A stretch of 49,759 nucleotides of DNA from positions 1 through 49,759 of IMG/VR virus record IMGVR_UViG_3300037483_000961, one strand, 5' to 3'. Made by a program: the position numbers and the translations under genes. Below are positions 44,381 to 49,759 of the stretch, piece by piece; the stretch's first letter is position 1, and each line of letters starts with the position of its first letter. The notes below the pieces were generated by a model. It saw only the letters and a list, made by a program, of their open reading frames with translations, ran no database searches and was not told where the DNA came from. This DNA comes from a virus. Taxonomy: Duplodnaviria; Caudoviricetes.

Positions 44381-44918
44381 ATAATATCGTAGCAACATCA
44401 TTTTTAAATGTTTGCCATCGTCTTTCATCAATAAACCATAAAGGACACATTTTTCCAGTTACATCATAATGTCTGGAAAGATGTGTCTCGTTTTTTTTAT
44501 AAATGGTACACAAATGAGACACTATGTTTAATAAATTATTGTATGTCTTGTCTGTGGGTTTTCCTGTTGTATCTGGGTGACAAAAACAAACTCCGATGGT
44601 TCTCCAATTTTGAATTGAATACCCGTCATGCATTCGTTGACGACCGAATTTCCATTGATATTTTTCGGTCATAGTTCCGCCCACATGAGGCGTCAATTCC
44701 TCAATACCTGCAACTTGTAGAATTTCATTATCATCTACAATATAAGAGTATCCTCCAAAAGTGGTTCTATTTTCGAGAAACTTTCTAACTTGTCGAGCAG
44801 ATTGATTAGGGCCTTGTACATAATGAACAACTATTTCGTCTGTTAGTAATCGATTTTTTCCGGGTCTGCTAAATTTATTTATAGGCAATAAATATGGTGT
44901 TATCATTATGTACTCCAT
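44370..44918 (-). CDS. Endolysin, N-acetylmuramoyl-L-alanine amidase (Amidase_2)
   Basis: IVVHY, YIVD, HVGG, NWRTIG, RHYDVTGKMCP. Confidence 0.88.
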   Translation of the reverse strand: MEYIMITPYLLPINKFSRPGKNRLLTDEIVVHYVQGPNQSARQVRKFLENRTTFGGYSYIVDDNEILQVAGIEELTPHVGGTMTEKYQWKFGRQRMHDGYSIQNWRTIGVCFCHPDTTGKPTDKTYNNLLNIVSHLCTIYKKNETHLSRHYDVTGKMCPLWFIDERRWQTFKNDVATILSMK

Positions 44919-45766
44919 TTATAGTAGAAAACTTGAGAAAACTCTGAATCAGTTGTTTTTTTCTTTGGTACTCTAAATAATTCTTTTCCTGTGTTGTCAG
45001 TAAGTTTATGTTCTTTTGTTTCCCCTACGTTGTATTCATATATAGCAAATTCGTGATGCTGTTTGGTACAACGAACTAAATACTGAAAAATACCCAGGTA
45101 CATTTTTGCATCGTACGTTACAAGATAGTCTTTATTTCCCATAGTACAATATCGATCCATTATGGCAGGATCTTTTCTGGCTTGGTTGTAGATATCGACA
45201 ATTTCTGACGAAACAAGTCTACCAAATTTAATTTGCATAGGAGCCAGTAAACAAAACAAATGGCTACCATATTTTTTTATTAACGGGCCTTCGACGAAAT
45301 TAAGGAATCCTTCGTCAGTGTCATCTATTGGGTTAAAATTATTACGGGCACTGCTATTACCCCTATTACTCCCAGAACTATCGCTGTCGTTGACCAGATT
45401 GTCACTCGTCTTTCTAGTTTCGCTATTTGTAAGTTTTTCTGATCCAACACTATCTGAACTTCCTTGGTTATTTCCTGTCCCATTTCCCTGATTTGTTCCT
45501 CCGCTATTTCCCGGATCATTTGTATAGCCTCTATCACTAAAAAGCCCTCGTACCACTTGTTCGGATCTATTCCTAAATTTGGTAACGTTATCCCGAATAA
45601 TGGGGTCTGTAATATCACTAGCAGAACGAGTATCATTTTTTTCATATCGTTTTACTCCTATAAATATGAGAATACCTAACCCTATCCATTTAAGATAGGG
45701 TAGTATTTTTTTAAAGAATTCTTTAATGTTATTGAGTGCTTTCTTCATTGTGTTTTGCCTTTTCAT
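44906..45766 (-). CDS. Membrane-anchored lysis-region protein (spanin-like position)
   Basis: N-terminal TM (WIGLGILIFIGV), low-complexity middle, between holin-like gene and endolysin. Confidence 0.5.
   Translation of the reverse strand: MKRQNTMKKALNNIKEFFKKILPYLKWIGLGILIFIGVKRYEKNDTRSASDITDPIIRDNVTKFRNRSEQVVRGLFSDRGYTNDPGNSGGTNQGNGTGNNQGSSDSVGSEKLTNSETRKTSDNLVNDSDSSGSNRGNSSARNNFNPIDDTDEGFLNFVEGPLIKKYGSHLFCLLAPMQIKFGRLVSSEIVDIYNQARKDPAIMDRYCTMGNKDYLVTYDAKMYLGIFQYLVRCTKQHHEFAIYEYNVGETKEHKLTDNTGKELFRVPKKKTTDSEFSQVFYYKWST
45325..45645 (-). CDS. Nested membrane protein (signal + coiled coil + C-terminal TM)
   Basis: MKKMILVLLVILQ signal-like start, heptad helix, C-terminal IVLGVIGVIAVPVII; fully inside 44906-45766 in another frame. 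Confidence 0.6.
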   Translation of the reverse strand: MKKMILVLLVILQTPLFGITLPNLGIDPNKWYEGFLVIEAIQMIREIAEEQIREMGQEITKEVQIVLDQKNLQIAKLERRVTIWSTTAIVLGVIGVIAVPVIILTQ

Positions 45767-45965
45767 CTAGTTCAGGGCGATACCATATACTTTTACCTAA
45801 GTCTGTAGCTGTTTTAGAAACAAACCAAAAACCTAATATAAACTGAACCATGGTAGACCACATGTTCCATACTTCTGGCTCTGCTCTTTGGAAGTAAAAC
45901 CCTGTACCTAATACAATCAAGAACCCAAACGTAAAAGCTGCTACTTTATTTCTTGTTTCTTTCAT
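45729..45965 (-). CDS. Putative holin (2 TM)
   Basis: 78 aa, two hydrophobic helices, charged tail, AGGAGGAG RBS, upstream of the endolysin. Confidence 0.6.
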   Translation of the reverse strand: MKETRNKVAAFTFGFLIVLGTGFYFQRAEPEVWNMWSTMVQFILGFWFVSKTATDLGKSIWYRPELDEKAKHNEESTQ

Positions 45966-46019
45966 AACTCCTCCTATAATTTATCCAAATCCATTCAGGT
46001 ATCATTTCCTGCCTCCATT

Positions 46020-49000
46020 TTAAATTATTCCAAAATTTAACCGAGTTAATGCTAGCTTCGAATTTGCTTCACCGGTAAGAGATAAACCGTACCGACCATT
46101 ATATCCTACACCGAATACAAATCCTGCATCAGTCAAGAACATGATATAATACCCTCCAGAATCATACCCATTCCACTTCGCATCAATTATATTTCCATAT
46201 CTTGTGTCGTAAGGAATGCGGACCCATGATGTTTGCAGAGTTTGATTTCCATTGCCTAATTGCCCATTACTGTTATGTCCGGCTGCCCAAAGCTCGTCAT
46301 TCGTGTCTATGATAAACGCTTGATTACTATATGAATAAGTATGTGCATATGCTCTTGCGAATATATTTTTTGTATTACTCCTGGATTGAGGAGTAGGTTG
46401 ATTCGAAGTTGATCCTATCCCAAGTTGCCCATTTCCATTGTGTCCCCAATCCCACAAAACATTGGCATTTGTCAGTGCATATGCAGATGCGGGTCCTCCG
46501 CCTGCGTATTGTATTTTAATAATAGTGTCAGGAACTCCAGTGGGAGCAATCGGAGTTGTTCTTGTTGTCGTGGTTGTATCCCCGAGGCTTCCCCATGTAT
46601 TAGTTCCACAAGTTCTGACCCGCCCATAGACTTGGTTATCCGATATAAGCATAATCATACTTGATGAAGAGCTTACTCCGGAATCAAAATATCCAAATAC
46701 ACCAAGTACATCTAAAATTTGATCTGATCCGGTGATACCCCAATCTGAGGTTATGTCAATCCACGTGTGATTTATGGCTGTAGCACTTCCAATACCAAAA
46801 TGCCCCTGCCCGTTGAATCCAGCTATCAATGTAGTACCATCATTTTGTTGAACAACGACACATCCGTAAGTTGTGCCCAGATTCCAGACTTCTCTCACAT
46901 CAGTCCCCAGTGCTGTTAACTGTGTGAATGTGGTTCTGTGCGTCGTATCCCCCAACCCCAAGGCGCCATTTGCATTATATCCAACGCCATACCAATAGTT
47001 GTCTGATTTTTTGACCAGTAGTCTCCAGTCGTTGTGATCGTAACTCATGCAAGCAGGTCTACGATATTCAGTAACATCAGTCGTAACTAGAGTAAGTATT
47101 GCCCTGTGGGTCGTATCCCCAAAACCTAATTGACCTATATTGTTATAACCACAAGTATAGAAATTACCTGTGGAATATAAAGCGCAGCCACCGTGTGCCC
47201 ACATATCCACTTGTATGAGGGTTCCTGTTTCCTGAATTGGTTTGAGCAATAAATAAGGAGAAGAATAGGTATCGCCGCCGTTCTCCCCGTTTAGAGTCCC
47301 ACCATAAACGTTGGTTCGTCTGCCAAAAGTAATTACATCTACCGAATCGTACATGATACCATTGGATACATAAGACGTTTCTGCGATCAATCTAGTAATT
47401 TTCGAACGTTCTGATATAACTTCTCCAATCTGCTCTGTTATGCTTTGTGAAACCACTTCCCCTATCAAATGAATCCTGCCTTCATCTTCGGCAGGTGCAA
47501 TAATCAAATCTTTTTCAAAGTCGATTCCTTCAGACCAAGGAATCTCAGCACCTATGTACTGGTTTACTAAGTCAGAATCAATAGCATCGTTGTACCAAAG
47601 AATTTCGTCAATAACGTATGAGAAATCCTCATACAGATTTATGACAAGATTTGATGATCCACCAGTGTAGGCAAGAGTAAACAAAACTGAATCGGCACCT
47701 ACCCGCATTCTAAAATCTGTACCGTCTCGCTCTAAGGCGAATAGGCTGAAAGCACTTTGCGGAACCGGGATGCTTCCCTTAAAGACTCCACTTTCGAAAA
47801 TCCCTAATGACCAATCCTCATCCACTTCCACATCGTACAGATAAGCTATGGATAAAGGAGTCCCAAGAGTCATGTAGATTAGTGGATCAACGTTGGGGGA
47901 GAAGCCCTGAACTGTTCGAGTAATTGTCATTGTGGAATCAAGTTCGTCTGGGACATCTACTGGACCGGAAAAAGTAGCAGTTAAGAAAAGATCTGTGAAT
48001 TGTCCACGGAACAAGCCTGCGTCTCCAACAATGTAGTAAGTAGAGTAATCTGAAGATAGAGCAATCCCCCAAATAAACGATGAGCCAAATCCGACATCAA
48101 TAAGTGAAGACCAAGTAGCACCGAAGTCATCAGAGATAGCAAATTTACCTGATAATCCACCAACATAAACATTTCCAGCTATGTCCGACACAACAGATAA
48201 AATAAGTGACGTACCAAATCCCACATCAACCAAACTTCCAAAAGTAGCCCCAAAGTCATCAGAGATAACAAATTTACCTGACTCCCCCGCAACATAAACC
48301 ATACCGTTTATATCAGAAGAAACAGAATTAATAGAGGAAGTACCAAATCCAACATCAACAAGTGAAGACCATGTTGCTCCAAAGTCATCAGAGGTGGTGA
48401 ATTTTCCACCAGCCCCGCCAACATATACTATGCCGTTTATGTCAGATGATACGCCTCGAATGATAGAAGTACCAAATCCAACATCAACCAGACTGCCAAA
48501 AGTAGATCCGAAATCAGTAGATATTACAAATTTTCCTAATACTCCACCAATGTACACCGTCCCGTTTATATCTGAAGAGATTGATACAATGTCAGATGAA
48601 TCAAAACCGATGTCTATCAGTGAAGACCATGTTGCCCCAAAGTCATCAGACACGGCAAATTTACCTGCCTGACCCCCAATGTACACGTTTCCGACATTGT
48701 CACACGAGATCGCAAAGATATCAGAAGTGCCAAAACCAACATCAATTAATGAGGACCAAGTTATTCCATAATTAGCCGATACAGCAAAACTTCCGTCTTC
48801 ACCCGCTATATAGATATATTTGCCCCCGGCACAAGATGCTACTGTGAATACAGTCAAAGCGCCAAAACCAACATCTACTGTTTTCAGAAGTAATTGTGAA
48901 TCAACAGTAAATAAACTAGTATCTTCCAGTGCTTCCTTTATAGCTGTTGTAAGATCGTTTTGGAATTTTATCTGTAATGGATAGTCTGCTGTAGGGGGAG

Positions 49001-49759
49001 TGAGATTTGCTATGGATCGAGTATAGTAACCTGCCTGTCCACCAATATAGACATTCCCATTAACGTCTGAGGATGCGCTATACACAGGATTTGATAAAAA
49101 TTCTATAACTATTATTGACCAAGTTGATCCGAAGTCAGTAGAAAGTACAAAATACCCATCTCCTCCTCCAACATAAACATTGCCATTTATATCGCAGGAT
49201 ATTATATTGATGCTATTTGTCTCAAACCCAATATCAACTAAACTACCAAAAATAGCTCCGAAATCATCCGATATGGCAAATTTACCGGAAGCACCTCCGA
49301 TGTAGACCATGCCGTTTATGTCAGATGATACACCACGGATAGCAGAGGTTCCGAATCCCACATCAACCAAACTTCCAAAAGTAGCCCCAAAGTCATCAGA
49401 GATAACAAATTTACCATCATCACCACCAATGTATACGTTTCCATTAATATCTGAAGAGATGCTGTAAATGTAATCGGTACCAAATCCAACATCAACAAGT
49501 GAAGACCATGTTGCTCCAAAGTCATCAGAGGTGGTGAATTTTCCACCAGCCCCGCCAACATAGATATTACCGTTTATGTCAGATGATATTTCGTTTATTA
49601 TTGAAGTACCGAACCCAACATCAACAAGTGAAGACCACGTAGCTCCGAAATCATCCGATATGGCAAATTTACCGGAAGCACCTCCGATGTAGACCATGCC
49701 GTTTATGTCAGATGATACACCACGGATAGCAGAGGTTCCGAATCCCACATCAACCAAAC
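46020..49759 (-). CDS. Large virion/receptor-binding protein with Asp-box (BNR) beta-propeller repeats and C-terminal RCC1 repeats; 5' end outside window
   Basis: 43-aa repeats DVGFG...SSDING.VY.GG..GKF..SDDFGATW; C-terminal G.N..GQLG.G repeats. Confidence 0.8.
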   Translation of the reverse strand, partial: LVDVGFGTSAIRGVSSDINGMVYIGGASGKFAISDDFGATWSSLVDVGFGTSIINEISSDINGNIYVGGAGGKFTTSDDFGATWSSLVDVGFGTDYIYSISSDINGNVYIGGDDGKFVISDDFGATFGSLVDVGFGTSAIRGVSSDINGMVYIGGASGKFAISDDFGAIFGSLVDIGFETNSINIISCDINGNVYVGGGDGYFVLSTDFGSTWSIIVIEFLSNPVYSASSDVNGNVYIGGQAGYYTRSIANLTPPTADYPLQIKFQNDLTTAIKEALEDTSLFTVDSQLLLKTVDVGFGALTVFTVASCAGGKYIYIAGEDGSFAVSANYGITWSSLIDVGFGTSDIFAISCDNVGNVYIGGQAGKFAVSDDFGATWSSLIDIGFDSSDIVSISSDINGTVYIGGVLGKFVISTDFGSTFGSLVDVGFGTSIIRGVSSDINGIVYVGGAGGKFTTSDDFGATWSSLVDVGFGTSSINSVSSDINGMVYVAGESGKFVISDDFGATFGSLVDVGFGTSLILSVVSDIAGNVYVGGLSGKFAISDDFGATWSSLIDVGFGSSFIWGIALSSDYSTYYIVGDAGLFRGQFTDLFLTATFSGPVDVPDELDSTMTITRTVQGFSPNVDPLIYMTLGTPLSIAYLYDVEVDEDWSLGIFESGVFKGSIPVPQSAFSLFALERDGTDFRMRVGADSVLFTLAYTGGSSNLVINLYEDFSYVIDEILWYNDAIDSDLVNQYIGAEIPWSEGIDFEKDLIIAPAEDEGRIHLIGEVVSQSITEQIGEVISERSKITRLIAETSYVSNGIMYDSVDVITFGRRTNVYGGTLNGENGGDTYSSPYLLLKPIQETGTLIQVDMWAHGGCALYSTGNFYTCGYNNIGQLGFGDTTHRAILTLVTTDVTEYRRPACMSYDHNDWRLLVKKSDNYWYGVGYNANGALGLGDTTHRTTFTQLTALGTDVREVWNLGTTYGCVVVQQNDGTTLIAGFNGQGHFGIGSATAINHTWIDITSDWGITGSDQILDVLGVFGYFDSGVSSSSSMIMLISDNQVYGRVRTCGTNTWGSLGDTTTTTRTTPIAPTGVPDTIIKIQYAGGGPASAYALTNANVLWDWGHNGNGQLGIGSTSNQPTPQSRSNTKNIFARAYAHTYSYSNQAFIIDTNDELWAAGHNSNGQLGNGNQTLQTSWVRIPYDTRYGNIIDAKWNGYDSGGYYIMFLTDAGFVFGVGYNGRYGLSLTGEANSKLALTRLNFGII

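Overview
This is a ~50 kb AT-rich segment of a large dsDNA bacteriophage read in the standard genetic code. The host may be a spirochaete (inference from BspA-type LRRs, the attC style and lipoprotein signals). The left arm (1-10.8 kb, minus strand) carries accessory genes, four tRNAs and a ~370-nt structured non-coding RNA. A plus-strand block (10.8-44.4 kb) encodes a near-complete replication, recombination and nucleotide-metabolism set. It includes an iteron-containing initiator, tyrosine recombinase, SNF2 helicase, DnaB-like helicase, clamp and clamp loader, UDG-PolA polymerase, ThyX, intein-containing NrdJ, primase, SSB, RecA, resolvase and a split Rad50 with Mre11. The right end (minus strand) holds lysis genes and a beta-propeller/RCC1 structural protein. 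The standout is a candidate RNA-guided system: a stand-alone Cas7/RAMP-like gene (8796-9560), a coupled accessory gene, and a GC-rich non-coding array of 5-nt GG(C/A/T)-NN units punctuated by GGCA. A second, orphan array (14553-14816) shares a 50-nt leader and a co-varying 3' hairpin but has different NN content. Other notable items are a ~105-nt tmRNA-like RNA lacking the normal mRNA-like domain, an integron cassette (methyltransferase plus attC) without IntI, a membrane-domain/DNA-polymerase fusion ORF and nested lysis-region genes. All calls are from motif reading by eye; no searches were run.
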